DNA from: PVC group bacterium
GTDB taxonomy: Bacteria > Omnitrophota > Gorgyraeia > B26-G9
DNA: 64,000 bases
Reading direction: 5' to 3'
NCBI GenBank assembly: GCA_024231215.1
Contig: JAAEQR010000195.1
Span: forward strand, 14,755 to 78,754
The position numbers and the translations under genes were made by a program. The number at the start of each line of letters is the position of its first letter. Position 1 is the first letter of the stretch. This document shows, in pieces, positions 27,246 through 38,011 of the stretch. The notes below the pieces were generated by a model. It saw only the letters and a list, made by a program, of their open reading frames with translations. It did no database searches and was not told where the DNA came from.

Positions 27246-28210
27246 GCGGATATCGGGCGAGGTATTTAGAGCTAAGCAAAGAAGTTTTTAAAAATAAGAT
27301 AGAACAAGCAAATTCTTATTTAAGAAACTGTTGTCTTTGCCCTCGCGAATGTAATATAAACCGAGTTATCGGAGAGACCGGGTTTTGCGGTGCAGGTGCG
27401 GATGTGGAAATTGCGCATTGGCAGATTCATTACGGAGAAGAGCCGCCCTTATCAGGAAAAAACGGTGCAGGTGCAGTATTTTTTGCTCATTGTAATTTAA
27501 AATGTGTTTATTGTCAGAACTACCAGATTAGTCAGCAATCAGGGATCAAAAAAAGTATAAGTGTTGATGATCTTTCTTCTGTTATGCTTGATTTGCAGAA
27601 ACAGGGCGCGCAGAATATTGACTTTGTATCACCGACACAATTTGCTGCGCAGATAATTGAGGCGGTTTATATTGCACGCAATAAAGGATTATCTTTACCG
27701 CTTGTATATAATACCAATGGTTATGAAAGAGTAGAAATCCTGAATTTGCTGGACGGGATAATTGATGTTTATCTGCCGGATTTTAAGTATTACGATGATT
27801 CGGCGGCTGTACGTTATTCAGAAGCTGTAGATTATACAGCAGTTGCGCAAAGAGCAATAAGCACGATGTATGCACAGACAGGAGATTTAGTGGTCGATTC
27901 CGGCGGATCTGCGCTGCGAGGTATATTATTGCGGCACTTAGTATTGCCGGAGGGTATTGCCGGAAGTATATCTGTGCTTAAGTTTTTAGCGGATCAGTTG
28001 GGAACAGATATCGGGTTAAGTCTGATGAGTCAGTATCATCCCTGTTATCGGGCAGATAGATTTTCAGAATTAAACCGGACGATAACAAGTAAAGAGTATG
28101 ATGAAGTGGTAGATTATGTGCAGGAACTTGGGTTTGAGAAATGTTGGATCCAGGAACTGGAAAGCCATAAGGTATATTTACCTGATTTCGAAAAAGAAGA
28201 TGTGTTTTAA
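27242..28210 (+). CDS. Radical SAM protein, PflX-like (homolog of pyruvate formate-lyase activating enzymes)
   Basis: Radical SAM Cx3Cx2C motif in FAHCNLKCVYCQNYQIS, preceded by an additional Cys cluster (CLCPRECN). 322 aa. Confidence 0.7.
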   Translation: MSGYRARYLELSKEVFKNKIEQANSYLRNCCLCPRECNINRVIGETGFCGAGADVEIAHWQIHYGEEPPLSGKNGAGAVFFAHCNLKCVYCQNYQISQQSGIKKSISVDDLSSVMLDLQKQGAQNIDFVSPTQFAAQIIEAVYIARNKGLSLPLVYNTNGYERVEILNLLDGIIDVYLPDFKYYDDSAAVRYSEAVDYTAVAQRAISTMYAQTGDLVVDSGGSALRGILLRHLVLPEGIAGSISVLKFLADQLGTDIGLSLMSQYHPCYRADRFSELNRTITSKEYDEVVDYVQELGFEKCWIQELESHKVYLPDFEKEDVF

Positions 28211-28256
28211 CAGTAGTGTTAGTAGCTGTTGTTAACTAAAATAAGGAGTATTTGAA

Positions 28257-29831
28257 GTGATTAAAATTAAACGAGCGTTGATTAGTGTTTCCGATAAAAC
28301 AGGTTTGGAAGCATTTGTTAAAGGGTTGCATGAATTTGGAGTGGAGATGCTTTCTACCGGAGGAACGGCAAAACTTATTAAAGACCAGGGGATTCCGGTT
28401 CGGCTGGTAAGTGATTTTACCGGCAGTCCGGAGATGTTAGATGGCAGGGTAAAAACTTTGCATCCTAAAATTCATGGAGGATTACTGGCGTTGCGCGAAG
28501 ATAAAGATCATATGGCTCAAGTGGATAAGTTTGATTTAGAATTGATAGATATGGTTGTTGTCAATCTCTACCCTTTCGAGAAAACGATTCAAAAGCCGAA
28601 TGTGGCTTTAGCCGAAGCGATTGAGAATATCGATATTGGCGGGCCTTCGATGTTGCGTTCAGCTGCAAAAAACTCGCAAAGCGTAGCTGTGATCTGCAGC
28701 CCGGAATATTATAATTCTGTTTTGGATGAGATGAAACAAAACAATGGTACTTTGAGCAAAGAGACCTCTTTTAAGCTTAGCGTAGATGTATTTGATAGAA
28801 CCAGTAAATATGATCAGATGATCGCTTCATACTTAAAAACGAAATGTGCTGCTGATCAAGATAAAGATGATTTGCCGGAGATATTACAATTGAATTTCGA
28901 GAAAATTCAGAAGCTTCGCTATGGAGAAAATCCGCATCAGAAGGCAGCTTTTTATCAGGATAAAAATTCCAGTGTTCCTGGAGTTGCAACTGCCAGGCAA
29001 TTGCATGGCAAGGAATTGTCATTTAATAATATTTTAGATCTGGATGCGGCTTTGAATATTGTGAAAGATTTTAAAGATCCTGCTGCAGTAATCATGAAAC
29101 ATAATAATCCGTGCGGGGCAGCAACTGCGGAGGATTTGAGTAAAGCTTATGAAGATGCATTAGCCTGCGATCCGATGTCTGCGTTTGGCAGTATTGTTGG
29201 ATTGAATCGGCCGGTAGATTCAGCTACCGCGGAAAAAATTGTTGGTGCTGATTTTGTCGAGTGTGTAATTGCTCCTGGATTTTCCAAAGAGGCTCTTGAG
29301 ACTTTAAAGCGCAAGAAAAACCTGCGTATTATGGAAGTTGACGATTTTACAAAAAAGGATGTTCAGAGTTTTTATGAATTTGATTTTAAACGTGTTAACT
29401 CAGGTCTTTTGGTTCAGGGTAGAGATATCGGAGTTATTGATAATCAGGATTTAAAGATCGCAACAAAGAAACAGCCGTCTAAACAGGAGTTAGATGCGCT
29501 GTTGTTCGCGTGGATAGTAGTCAAACACGTAAAGTCAAACGCGATTGTACTGGCTCAGGGGACAAAAACAGTAGGTGTTGGCGCCGGACAGATGAGTCGC
29601 GTGGACAGTGTAATTATTTCGATTAGAAAATCAAACGGACGTTGCCAGGGATCGGTATTAGCCAGTGACGCATTTTTTCCAAAAGCTGATGCTATAGAAG
29701 CAGCGGCAAAGGCAGGGGTTACTGCTGTGATTCAGCCCGGAGGGTCTATTCGAGACCAGGAAGTTATTGATGCGGCTGATAAGGCGGGTATTAGTATGGT
29801 TTTAACCGGAAAACGCCACTTTAGACACTAA
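28257..29831 (+). CDS. purH: Bifunctional AICAR transformylase / IMP cyclohydrolase
   Basis: GTG start with an AAGGAG RBS; N-terminal MGS-like domain RALISVSDKTGL and C-terminal AICARFT domain; 524 aa. Confidence 0.9.
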   Translation: MIKIKRALISVSDKTGLEAFVKGLHEFGVEMLSTGGTAKLIKDQGIPVRLVSDFTGSPEMLDGRVKTLHPKIHGGLLALREDKDHMAQVDKFDLELIDMVVVNLYPFEKTIQKPNVALAEAIENIDIGGPSMLRSAAKNSQSVAVICSPEYYNSVLDEMKQNNGTLSKETSFKLSVDVFDRTSKYDQMIASYLKTKCAADQDKDDLPEILQLNFEKIQKLRYGENPHQKAAFYQDKNSSVPGVATARQLHGKELSFNNILDLDAALNIVKDFKDPAAVIMKHNNPCGAATAEDLSKAYEDALACDPMSAFGSIVGLNRPVDSATAEKIVGADFVECVIAPGFSKEALETLKRKKNLRIMEVDDFTKKDVQSFYEFDFKRVNSGLLVQGRDIGVIDNQDLKIATKKQPSKQELDALLFAWIVVKHVKSNAIVLAQGTKTVGVGAGQMSRVDSVIISIRKSNGRCQGSVLASDAFFPKADAIEAAAKAGVTAVIQPGGSIRDQEVIDAADKAGISMVLTGKRHFRH

Positions 29832-29869
29832 GACGTTGTTAAGATGAAGAGAAGAAAGGGAAAATACTA

Positions 29870-31207
29870 ATGTTATTTGTTGAAGCACAAGATTATCTTG
29901 ATTCATTTCTTGATTATGAAAAAGACCCTACACAGGTCTACAATGATCTTAAACTGGAACGGGTTAAGGAATTGCTTGATCGTTTAGGAAATCCGCAGGA
30001 AAAATTTAAATGCATCCAGATTGCTGGAACTAAAGGTAAAGGCTCTACATGTGCCATGCTTTTTTCCATATTAAAATCAGCTAAATACAAGGTCGGGTTA
30101 TATACTTCTCCGCATTTGATCAGTTTCCGGGAAAGGTTCAGGATTAGTTATTTAAATGAGATCAGCGAGGCAAAAGAACGCTTGATCAAAGAAGGGGAAG
30201 TTTGTAAATTACTTGAGGAAATAAAATCGCATACGGATGGGATCGAAGGATTAACTTTTTTCGAGATATGTACGGCGATGGCTTTAAAGTTTTTTGCTAA
30301 TACAGAAGCTGAATTTGTGATTTTAGAAACAGGGATTGGGGGAAGATTAGATGCAACGAGTGTGGTTGATCCGATTGCTTGCGGATTTACCAGTATAAGC
30401 TTAGATCATACTAATTTATTAGGAAACTCTTTAGAAAAAATTGCCCAAGAAAAAGCGGGAATTATAAAAAGTAATGCTTTAGTAGTTACTGCTCCGCAGC
30501 CGCCCCAGGCTTTGAAGGTAATCGCTGATGCTTGTAAAAAAAATCACACACGTCTTTATGAAGCGGGCAAGGATTTTATTTGTGATCCGATAGGACAGGA
30601 TTTAAACGGAAGCATTTTTGATCTCCGCGGAATATTTTATGTTTATGAAAGCTTGCATTTATCTCTTATTGGCCAGCATCAGTTGATTAACGCCTCGGTA
30701 GCTTTGGGAATTATACAGTTATTAAAACTGCATGACACGGTGGTTTCTATATTGGCGATTAAAGAAGGACTGGAGAACGTGCGTTGGCCGGGAAGAATGC
30801 AAATTGTGCATAAGCGCCCTTTTCTTATTTTAGACGGAGCGCAAAATGCAGAATCGGCAAATGCCTTGAGGTTGGCGATTAACATGCTGCTTATTCCAAA
30901 TAAGTCTGTTTTGATTTTGGGAGTTTCTAAGGGCAAAGATGTTGCCGGTATTTGCAGCAATTTATGCCGGCAAAGGAGTCTTGTGATTGTGACTCAGGCT
31001 AATAATCCTCGTTCGCTGGACGTGGATACATTAGAGGCGACAGTTACAAAATATCATAAAAATGTAAAAAAGACTGAAAATGTAAAACAGGCATTGGAGT
31101 TGGCGGCAGAAAATGTAGGGCAAGATGATTTAATCATTGTAACCGGCAGCTTGTATTTAATCGGAGAGGCGTTAAAGGCGTCGCGCACATTGAAATTTAA
31201 AAAATGA
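29870..31207 (+). CDS. folC: Folylpolyglutamate synthase / dihydrofolate synthase
   Basis: Mur-ligase P-loop IQIAGTKGKGST; 445 aa. Confidence 0.85.
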   Translation: MLFVEAQDYLDSFLDYEKDPTQVYNDLKLERVKELLDRLGNPQEKFKCIQIAGTKGKGSTCAMLFSILKSAKYKVGLYTSPHLISFRERFRISYLNEISEAKERLIKEGEVCKLLEEIKSHTDGIEGLTFFEICTAMALKFFANTEAEFVILETGIGGRLDATSVVDPIACGFTSISLDHTNLLGNSLEKIAQEKAGIIKSNALVVTAPQPPQALKVIADACKKNHTRLYEAGKDFICDPIGQDLNGSIFDLRGIFYVYESLHLSLIGQHQLINASVALGIIQLLKLHDTVVSILAIKEGLENVRWPGRMQIVHKRPFLILDGAQNAESANALRLAINMLLIPNKSVLILGVSKGKDVAGICSNLCRQRSLVIVTQANNPRSLDVDTLEATVTKYHKNVKKTENVKQALELAAENVGQDDLIIVTGSLYLIGEALKASRTLKFKK

Positions 31208-32592
31208 AGATAAATACGGAAGATACGATAGCAGCTATTTCTACGCCGTTGGGAGACGGTGGGATCGGCATAGTCAGGATAAGCGGCAGGCAAGCGTTAA
31301 AGATTGCCGATAAAATATTTGTAAATAAGAAAAAAATTAAACCCTCACGATGTGCTCCGTTCACAATGCATTATGGGCATGTGGTTGATTTGAAAAAGAC
31401 AGTTATTGACGAGGTGATTCTAGCGGTGATGCGTGCACCTCATACATATACGCGGGAAAATATTGTAGAAATAAATTGCCATGGCGGGATTATTCCGTTA
31501 AGAAGAATTTTAGATCTTGTGCTTGGCTTGGAAGTGCGGCTTGCGCAGCCCGGGGAGTTTACACAAAGAGCGTTTTTAAACGGCCGGATTGATTTAGCTC
31601 AAGCAGAAGCAGTATTGAATATAGTTAACGCAAAGACCGATACCGCGTTGAATTCAGCTATGCATCAGCTTCAGGGGATGCTGTCACATCGGATAAATGC
31701 GCTGAGGGATTCTCTGATAGAGATTGTAGCGCCTTTAGAAGCGACAATTGATTTTCCGGAAGAGGAAATAAACAGTGCAGCAAGGAAGAAGTATGTAAAA
31801 GCATTGCAGGCGGTGGCAAAACAGATAAAGACGCTTATTGACAGTGCGGATAAAGGAATAATGCTCCAGAACGGAATTAGTGTTGTCTTGGCCGGAGCGC
31901 CAAATGTTGGCAAGTCTAGTATCATGAACGAATTTGTCGAATATGAACGGGTAATTGTAACCCATATTTCAGGAACCACACGCGATGTAGTTGAAGAAGT
32001 AGTTAATATTTACGGTGTCCCGGTTCGACTTGCTGATACAGCTGGGGTGATGAAGAGCGCATGTGTTATTACTCAAAAAAGTGTGGATCGGAGTCTGATT
32101 TTTTTAGATAAAGCAGATCTGGTTTTGTTTGTATTGGATGCGTCACGTAAAATTAATGAATCGGATTTACGGGTAGCAAAACAGCTTAAAAATAAAAATG
32201 TATTGATTGCTGTAAATAAGGTTGATTTAAAACAAAAAATTAATATTGCGGCAGTGAATAAATTATTACCAAAGGCTTCTGTGATTAAGATTTCAGCATT
32301 GAGGAAAAGCGGCATTGAAAAATTAAAACAGCAGATTGTAAAACTTTTTTTTCAGGGAAAAGTTGTAAAAAATGATGAGTTATTAATAAATAATCTAAGA
32401 CATAAACAGGTATTAGAAGAGTGCTATAAAAATATTATGAACGCGATTAATATAGGATTATCAAATACTTATGATGAATGCCTGGTTTTTGAAATAAAAC
32501 AGGTGCTTTCTCACTTAGGAGAGATTACCGGGGATAACTTAAGTGAAGATATCCTGGATGCGATTTTTTCACGGTTTTGTATAGGGAAATAA
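31204..32592 (+). CDS. mnmE: tRNA uridine-5-carboxymethylaminomethyl modification GTPase MnmE
   Basis: N-terminal IAAISTPLG..GIVRISG, G-domain GAPNVGKSS, C-terminal CIGK tetrapeptide. Coupled to folC (ATGA overlap). Confidence 0.9.
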   Translation: MKINTEDTIAAISTPLGDGGIGIVRISGRQALKIADKIFVNKKKIKPSRCAPFTMHYGHVVDLKKTVIDEVILAVMRAPHTYTRENIVEINCHGGIIPLRRILDLVLGLEVRLAQPGEFTQRAFLNGRIDLAQAEAVLNIVNAKTDTALNSAMHQLQGMLSHRINALRDSLIEIVAPLEATIDFPEEEINSAARKKYVKALQAVAKQIKTLIDSADKGIMLQNGISVVLAGAPNVGKSSIMNEFVEYERVIVTHISGTTRDVVEEVVNIYGVPVRLADTAGVMKSACVITQKSVDRSLIFLDKADLVLFVLDASRKINESDLRVAKQLKNKNVLIAVNKVDLKQKINIAAVNKLLPKASVIKISALRKSGIEKLKQQIVKLFFQGKVVKNDELLINNLRHKQVLEECYKNIMNAINIGLSNTYDECLVFEIKQVLSHLGEITGDNLSEDILDAIFSRFCIGK

Positions 32593-32602
32593 AGGTATAC
32601 GG

Positions 32603-33103
32603 ATGAAAAATATAGCCTTGGTTGGATTTATGGGAACCGGGAAGACAACAGTTGCCCGAGCTTTAGCTGAAAGACTACAGTTTAAGTATGTAGATCTCGA
32701 CGATTTGATTGAGGAACGTGAAGCTATGAAGATCGTGGATATTTTTAAGCAGAAAGGCGAGCCGTATTTTAGAAAAACAGAAAAAGACGTTGTCTGTGAA
32801 GTATCGGCGCAAGATAGGATGGTGATTGCCTGCGGCGGCGGTGTTGTTTTAGATGAAGAGAATATTATCAATTTGAAGAAATTGGGAGTTCTTGTTTGTC
32901 TTACCGCAACTCCTGCGGTGATTATGGAGAGAACGAAAAATTATCCGCACAGGCCTTTGCTTAATGTAGAAGATAAAGAAGCAAAAATTGCGGAATTATT
33001 GGAAAAAAGGCGTGTGTATTATGCAAAAGCGGATTGTGAAGTGGATACTTCCGAGCTTAGCGTAGAACAGGTCATAGAGAGTATTTTACAGAAAATAAAA
33101 TAG
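32603..33103 (+). CDS. aroK: Shikimate kinase
   Basis: IALVGFMGTGKTTVA Walker A, 166 aa, typical AroK length and motifs. Confidence 0.8.
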   Translation: MKNIALVGFMGTGKTTVARALAERLQFKYVDLDDLIEEREAMKIVDIFKQKGEPYFRKTEKDVVCEVSAQDRMVIACGGGVVLDEENIINLKKLGVLVCLTATPAVIMERTKNYPHRPLLNVEDKEAKIAELLEKRRVYYAKADCEVDTSELSVEQVIESILQKIK

Positions 33104-33105
33104 TT

Positions 33106-33975
33106 ATGAAAGATAAAGAATATTTAATAGCTTTAAATATGGTCTCCGGATTAGGTAGTGTTAAAATCAAGGATTTGTTGGAATTATTTAAGGTTCCAAG
33201 TTGTATCTTTAAAGCCCGAATTAATGAACTGACACGGATTAAGGGGCTTAATAAAACTATTGCCGGACGGATATATCAGGTGTTGGACAGCCGTAGTTTT
33301 AAAGATGAAATTAATATGATTAAAGAGTTCGGGGTGGGAATCATTACTTTGCTTGATGATGATTATCCTGAGTCGTTAAAACATATTTATGATCCGCCGG
33401 CTGTATTATATGTAAAGGGAAATATCAAGAGTTTATATCCTTTGTCTGTGGCAATTGTCGGGTGTCGGAAGGCAAGTCCTTATGGTTTACAGCAGGCACA
33501 ACGTATGGCCCAAGAATTGGCGGAAAAAGGTGCGTGTGTGGTTTCCGGGTTAGCAAGGGGTATAGATACCCAAGCTCATAAAGGAGCATTGTCTGTTGGA
33601 GGTAAAACAGCGGCGGTTTTAGGTAGCGGATTTGTTAATGTTTATCCAAAGGAAAACACGAAATTATTTGAGCAAATAAGCCGGCAGGGAGTGGTTATAT
33701 CTGAATTTTCTTTGCAGACATTACCGCAAAAATGCAATTTTCCGAGGCGCAATAGGATTATTAGCGGGCTATCCAAAGCGGTAGTAGTTGTAGAAGCAGC
33801 ACAAAGGAGCGGGTCTCTTATTACGGCTAATCTGGCGCTTGATCAGGGCCGGGATGTATACGCTGTGCCCGGGATAGCTGGTTCAATTTATGCGCAAGGG
33901 ACTAATAAACTTATAAAAGAAGGGGCAAGGTTAGTAGAAAACGCAGAGGATGTATTAGAATCATTTTTAGTTTAA
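33106..33975 (+). CDS. dprA: DNA processing protein DprA (Smf)
   Basis: Rossmann-like core ...VAIVGCRKASPYG...VVSGLARGIDT... typical of DprA; 289 aa. Confidence 0.8.
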   Translation: MKDKEYLIALNMVSGLGSVKIKDLLELFKVPSCIFKARINELTRIKGLNKTIAGRIYQVLDSRSFKDEINMIKEFGVGIITLLDDDYPESLKHIYDPPAVLYVKGNIKSLYPLSVAIVGCRKASPYGLQQAQRMAQELAEKGACVVSGLARGIDTQAHKGALSVGGKTAAVLGSGFVNVYPKENTKLFEQISRQGVVISEFSLQTLPQKCNFPRRNRIISGLSKAVVVVEAAQRSGSLITANLALDQGRDVYAVPGIAGSIYAQGTNKLIKEGARLVENAEDVLESFLV

Positions 33976-33982
33976 GGGGGCA

Positions 33983-34279
33983 ATGAAGGGAGACTGTATC
34001 ATGGCATGTGAAATCAAAAATTATCTGGAATTTGTAGTAGATGAAGCTGTGGATAACTTTTTCAAGAGCACTAAGGATATCTGTAAATGCGAACAGTGTA
34101 AACTTGATATTACGGCGCTTGTGCTTAATCGAATGCCGGCACGTTATATTGTTACTGCTAAGGGGCGCATCATGACTAAATTAAAAGAGACAGAAATACA
34201 GTTTCAAGTGGATGTTTTAAGGGAAATTATAATTGCGGCTGAGATTGTCAGAAAAAACCCGAGGCATACTAATGGATGA
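33983..34279 (+). CDS. comFB: Late competence development protein ComFB
   Basis: About 95 aa with the conserved ComFB cysteines (C...CxC..C: MACEIKNY...DICKCEQC) and the NRMPARYIV motif. The start may be the internal ATG at 34001. Confidence 0.7.
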   Translation: MKGDCIMACEIKNYLEFVVDEAVDNFFKSTKDICKCEQCKLDITALVLNRMPARYIVTAKGRIMTKLKETEIQFQVDVLREIIIAAEIVRKNPRHTNG

Positions 34280-35156
34280 ACATTTAAATAAGCCGGAGAG
34301 ATGTTATTTTACGGTTCCGAATGAGTTGAGCAAGGAAGAGCTTAAGGCGTTTCATGGTATTTTGGAATCGTTGTATGAGAACCGTGGAGTGGATTTTCGG
34401 GAGTACCGGCATAGATGTATGCGGCGTAGAATATTAGTAAGAATGTATGACAAACGGGTAAAATCATTTGCCGAGTATCTGCGTGTTTTACAAGGAGATC
34501 AAGATGAATACGATAAATTATTAGAGACAATTACGATCAATGTTTCTGAATTTTTTCGTAATCCGGAAACCTTTAAGGCTGTACGCGAAAAGATAATCCC
34601 GCTGATTGCGGAGCGCAAGAAGAAAGTTCAAAGCCGGGTAGTGCGTGTTTGGAGTTGCGGTTGTGCGACGGGGGAAGAGCCTTATTCGCTTGCGATTATG
34701 TTTAAAGAAGTTTTGGAAAGAAAATACCCGGAACTTAGTGTGCTTATTCACGCAACAGATATTGACAGAGAAGCTCTCAATAAGGCGCGTCAGGGGAAAT
34801 ATGAAGAAAATGCTCTTAAGGAATTAAGTGCTCATCAAAAATCAGAGTATTTTATTGATAATAAAGATAACACTTATACTATAAAGCCAGAGATTCAATC
34901 GGTTATTAAATTTTCCCGGCAGAATATGATTAGTGATCCGCCGTTTAAAAATATGGATTTAATTTTTTGTCGTAATGTACTTATTTATTTTAATAAATCT
35001 TTGCAAAGAACAGTGTATAAAAATTTTCATAAATCACTTGTTACCGAAGGTTATGTTGTCGCGGGAAAAGTGGAAACAATGATCGGCATTGCCGAAGATA
35101 TATTTGACCGGATAGATCTCCAGGAAAGGATTTTTAAGAAGAAGATAACGGAATGA
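34272..35156 (+). CDS. cheR: Chemotaxis protein methyltransferase CheR
   Basis: SAM-binding motif VWSCGCATGEEPYSLAIM and the CheR N-terminal helical domain. ATG at 34272 is preferred. Confidence 0.8.
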   Translation: MDEHLNKPERCYFTVPNELSKEELKAFHGILESLYENRGVDFREYRHRCMRRRILVRMYDKRVKSFAEYLRVLQGDQDEYDKLLETITINVSEFFRNPETFKAVREKIIPLIAERKKKVQSRVVRVWSCGCATGEEPYSLAIMFKEVLERKYPELSVLIHATDIDREALNKARQGKYEENALKELSAHQKSEYFIDNKDNTYTIKPEIQSVIKFSRQNMISDPPFKNMDLIFCRNVLIYFNKSLQRTVYKNFHKSLVTEGYVVAGKVETMIGIAEDIFDRIDLQERIFKKKITE

Positions 35157-36166
35157 AATATTTTAGAAACATTGGTTCTTTGAAAACAACTTTTTTTCTC
35201 CTGCTGGTTTTAGCTGCGGTTTCGATGCTTGGGACGCTTATTGTACAAGACAAACCGGCTGATTTTTATTCCCATGTATATGGAGAGTATTGGGGTAGAG
35301 TTATTTTTTTAACAGAATTAGATAATCTTTACAACGGAATTTTTTATCAGACTTTGCTTGTTTTGCTGGGAATAAATCTTGCGGCTTGTATGATCGGCAG
35401 TTTTCAATGGAAGATTTTTAAAAATCGGAAAAAATGCGCGCTATTCTTATTACATGCTAGTGTTTTTTTTATTTTTATTGGTGGAGCGATAAGTAAATTT
35501 AAGCGTCATTCCGCGCATTATAAATTGTTAGCGAATGATAAGATCAAATTAAATGAAACAGATCTTATTTTTAAGAGATTTAATATCAATTTTCACTCGG
35601 ATACGGATCAGCCGGCGGAATACCGGAGTGAAGTTGAGGTGCTTAAGGCCGGAAAACTTAAACAGGAAAAAATTATTCGGGTTAATCATCCCATTACAGT
35701 TGATGGGTATCAATGCTACCAGTCCGGATTTGAGTCATTAGCGGATGTTGATCTGTCTGTGAAGCACATGGGTAAACTGATTTGGCAGGGAAAGCTAAGG
35801 CAGGGGGAATCGGTACAGGGAGAGCATGGTTTTATTATTGAAATAGAAAAATTTGCGCCGGATGTTTTAATTACAGGCGAAGGGAAGATATTATCTAATT
35901 CGTATAAAATAAAAAATGCGGCATTATTAGTGCGTATATCTAAGAACGAGATATTCAACGATGCGTATTGGGTATTCTTAGATGAGCAGATGAATAAGGC
36001 CCAGGAGGATCAGATCCAGATGTTTGATTTTAAGATTAATCGTCTGGATGTATTTTACTCCACGATACTTCATGTGGTTAAAGATCCGGGGTTGCCGTTT
36101 GTCTGGGCTGGATTTTTTCTTTTACTATCAGGAATGACTATATTTTTATTGAGGAGGGAAATTTAA
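35153..36166 (+). CDS. Short ResB/Ccs1-type cytochrome c biogenesis protein (system II)
   Basis: N-terminal LKTTFFLLLVLAAVSMLGTLI and YQTLLVLLGINLAAC match the ResB/Ccs1 TM core. It is shorter than Bacillus ResB (337 aa). Confidence 0.6.
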   Translation: MKYFRNIGSLKTTFFLLLVLAAVSMLGTLIVQDKPADFYSHVYGEYWGRVIFLTELDNLYNGIFYQTLLVLLGINLAACMIGSFQWKIFKNRKKCALFLLHASVFFIFIGGAISKFKRHSAHYKLLANDKIKLNETDLIFKRFNINFHSDTDQPAEYRSEVEVLKAGKLKQEKIIRVNHPITVDGYQCYQSGFESLADVDLSVKHMGKLIWQGKLRQGESVQGEHGFIIEIEKFAPDVLITGEGKILSNSYKIKNAALLVRISKNEIFNDAYWVFLDEQMNKAQEDQIQMFDFKINRLDVFYSTILHVVKDPGLPFVWAGFFLLLSGMTIFLLRREI

Positions 36167-36714
36167 TGTTGAGACTTAGTGGGGCATTACTTATCGTAGC
36201 TATGGTCTGCGCCTTGACTTTGGCGCTAATATATAAACAGACAGCTCCGGTTATTGAAAAACAGAAACAGATGCTGCTTGAGCGTTCTTTGAAAGCTGTA
36301 TTAGAAGCAGATAGTTATGAAAAACAAGAAGAAAAAGGGTTGGAGTATTATGAAGCTTATAGCCGGGATGGCAGCCAGTTAGGCTGGTGCTTACCGCTAA
36401 CCAGTAAAGGCTATGGAGGAAATATGCAGTTATTGGTTGGTGTGGATAATACAGGCGATATAACCGGAGTAAGTGTTTTAGAGCATAAGGAAACTCCGGG
36501 ATTAGGTTCTAAAATAGTTGAAAAATCCAGGAAGGAAACTGAAGCTCCATTTTTAAAACAATTTAAGTCGAAAAATGCAGAAAATCTGATGTTGGTTAAG
36601 GGCAAGAGTAGTACCAATATTCAAGCTATAACCGGAGCGACAATATCTTCAAAAGCGGTTACAGATGGGGTGAGGGAAGGTGTTAAAGAATTCTTAAAGG
36701 CTAAAAGGAAATAA
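36166..36714 (+). CDS. FMN-binding domain protein (RnfG/NqrC-like), membrane-anchored
   Basis: N-terminal TM anchor; FMN_bind signature TSKGYGGNMQLLVGVDNTGDITGVSVLEHKETPGLG, with Thr as the flavinylation site. Coupled to resB (ATGA overlap). Confidence 0.7.
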   Translation: MLRLSGALLIVAMVCALTLALIYKQTAPVIEKQKQMLLERSLKAVLEADSYEKQEEKGLEYYEAYSRDGSQLGWCLPLTSKGYGGNMQLLVGVDNTGDITGVSVLEHKETPGLGSKIVEKSRKETEAPFLKQFKSKNAENLMLVKGKSSTNIQAITGATISSKAVTDGVREGVKEFLKAKRK

Positions 36715-36725
36715 CGTTGGGGTAA

Positions 36726-37349
36726 ATGCGCAAAAAAGATTATTACGATATCTTAGGAGTAAAAGATAGCGCTTCTAGTCAGCAGATAAAATCAGCTTAT
36801 CGGAAACTGGCTATGAAATATCACCCGGACAGGGTTCCGGAGCCAGAGAAGAAGAATGCAGAAGAAAAATTCAAAGAAATAGCTGAGGCGTATTATGTTT
36901 TAAATGATTTTAATAGACGCCGAGAATACAGCTTATATCGAGAAAAAACAAAAAAGACTGTTTATAGACAAGAAGATGTAGAAGAATTTTTCCGTAATGC
37001 AGGATTTAATATGGATGATATTATGCAGTATGCCAATGCGCAACCCGAATATTCACAAGGGAGTAATTGGTCGAAAAATATTTCATTAATTGTTGCAGGG
37101 GTGTGCTGTGTAGGTCTTTATATTATTGGTCAAAAGTGTATGATGGGCTTGCCTGTATTTTTGCCGTTAATATTAGGCATGGGTTGTATCTGGTTTAGCG
37201 ATGCAATGAGTGGTTGGGACGGAGTATTTTCTCAGTCGGGAACAGTTCCCGGATGTGTGTTTTCTTTTTTTGGCTGGATTTTATTACTTGTTCAGATGTT
37301 GGTGTTGATTATGATGGCGGATCAGTTAAAGCTCTGGCCATATGTGTAA
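36726..37349 (+). CDS. DnaJ (J-domain) protein with C-terminal TM helices
   Basis: J-domain DYYDILGV...[12 protein letters not shown] with an HPD motif, followed by two hydrophobic helices. Confidence 0.7.
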   Translation: MRKKDYYDILGVKDSASSQQIKSAYRKLAMKYHPDRVPEPEKKNAEEKFKEIAEAYYVLNDFNRRREYSLYREKTKKTVYRQEDVEEFFRNAGFNMDDIMQYANAQPEYSQGSNWSKNISLIVAGVCCVGLYIIGQKCMMGLPVFLPLILGMGCIWFSDAMSGWDGVFSQSGTVPGCVFSFFGWILLLVQMLVLIMMADQLKLWPYV

Positions 37350-37367
37350 AGGGATCAATTTTTAAAA

Positions 37368-38011
37368 TGAATCTTTATCCTGCATATCTTAAACTTCAAA
37401 ATAAACAATGTCTTGTTGTCGGAGGAGGAACAGTAGCTTTACGCAAAGTAAAATCTTTGTTAGATTGCGGAGCTAAAGTTACTGTGGTTTGCCCTAATCT
37501 ATGCAGCAGTCTCGCATTAATGCGACAAAAGAAAGAATTTTTATATAAAAGATCCAGGTATGAAAAAGAATTTTTAAATAAGATGTTTTTAGTAATTGCC
37601 GCGACTGATAATCATCAAATTAATTCCTGCATTGCCGAAGATGCTTGTAAAAAAAATATTTTGGTGAATGTAGTAGATGTACCGAATTTGTGTGACTTTT
37701 ATGTGCCTTCAGTTATAAAGAAAGGGTCTCTATGCGTGGCTATTTCTACTCAAGGAGAATTTCCCGGCTTAGCCAAGGAAATGAGAAAAGAGATTACTTT
37801 ATTGCTGCAAAAAAAGGCGCGGAATTTTAAGGTTTTAGCTAAGATTAGAGGGCAGATCAAGCGGGAGTTTAAAAATATAAAAATACGCAGAATGCTGATA
37901 AAAGAGTTATTAGCTCCCAAAGCGTCAGATTTAATAGAGAATAAAAAAATTAATAATCTGGATGATTTAAAAAGTTATGTGAATAAGTCAAAACTCAAAA
38001 ATACAAGTTAA
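37368..38011 (+). CDS. sirC: Precorrin-2 dehydrogenase / sirohydrochlorin ferrochelatase (siroheme synthase N-terminal domain, SirC/Met8-like)
   Basis: Rossmann motif CLVVGGGTVALRKVKSLLDCGAKVTVV. ATG at 37368; the longer ORF-track start overlaps the dnaJ-like gene in another frame. Confidence 0.7.

Noticed and set aside
37214-37367. Upstream extension of the sirC ORF overlapping the dnaJ-like gene
   Set aside because: The extension is in another frame over a well-supported J-domain gene and has no similarity. The ATG at 37368, with the Rossmann motif immediately following, is the plausible start.
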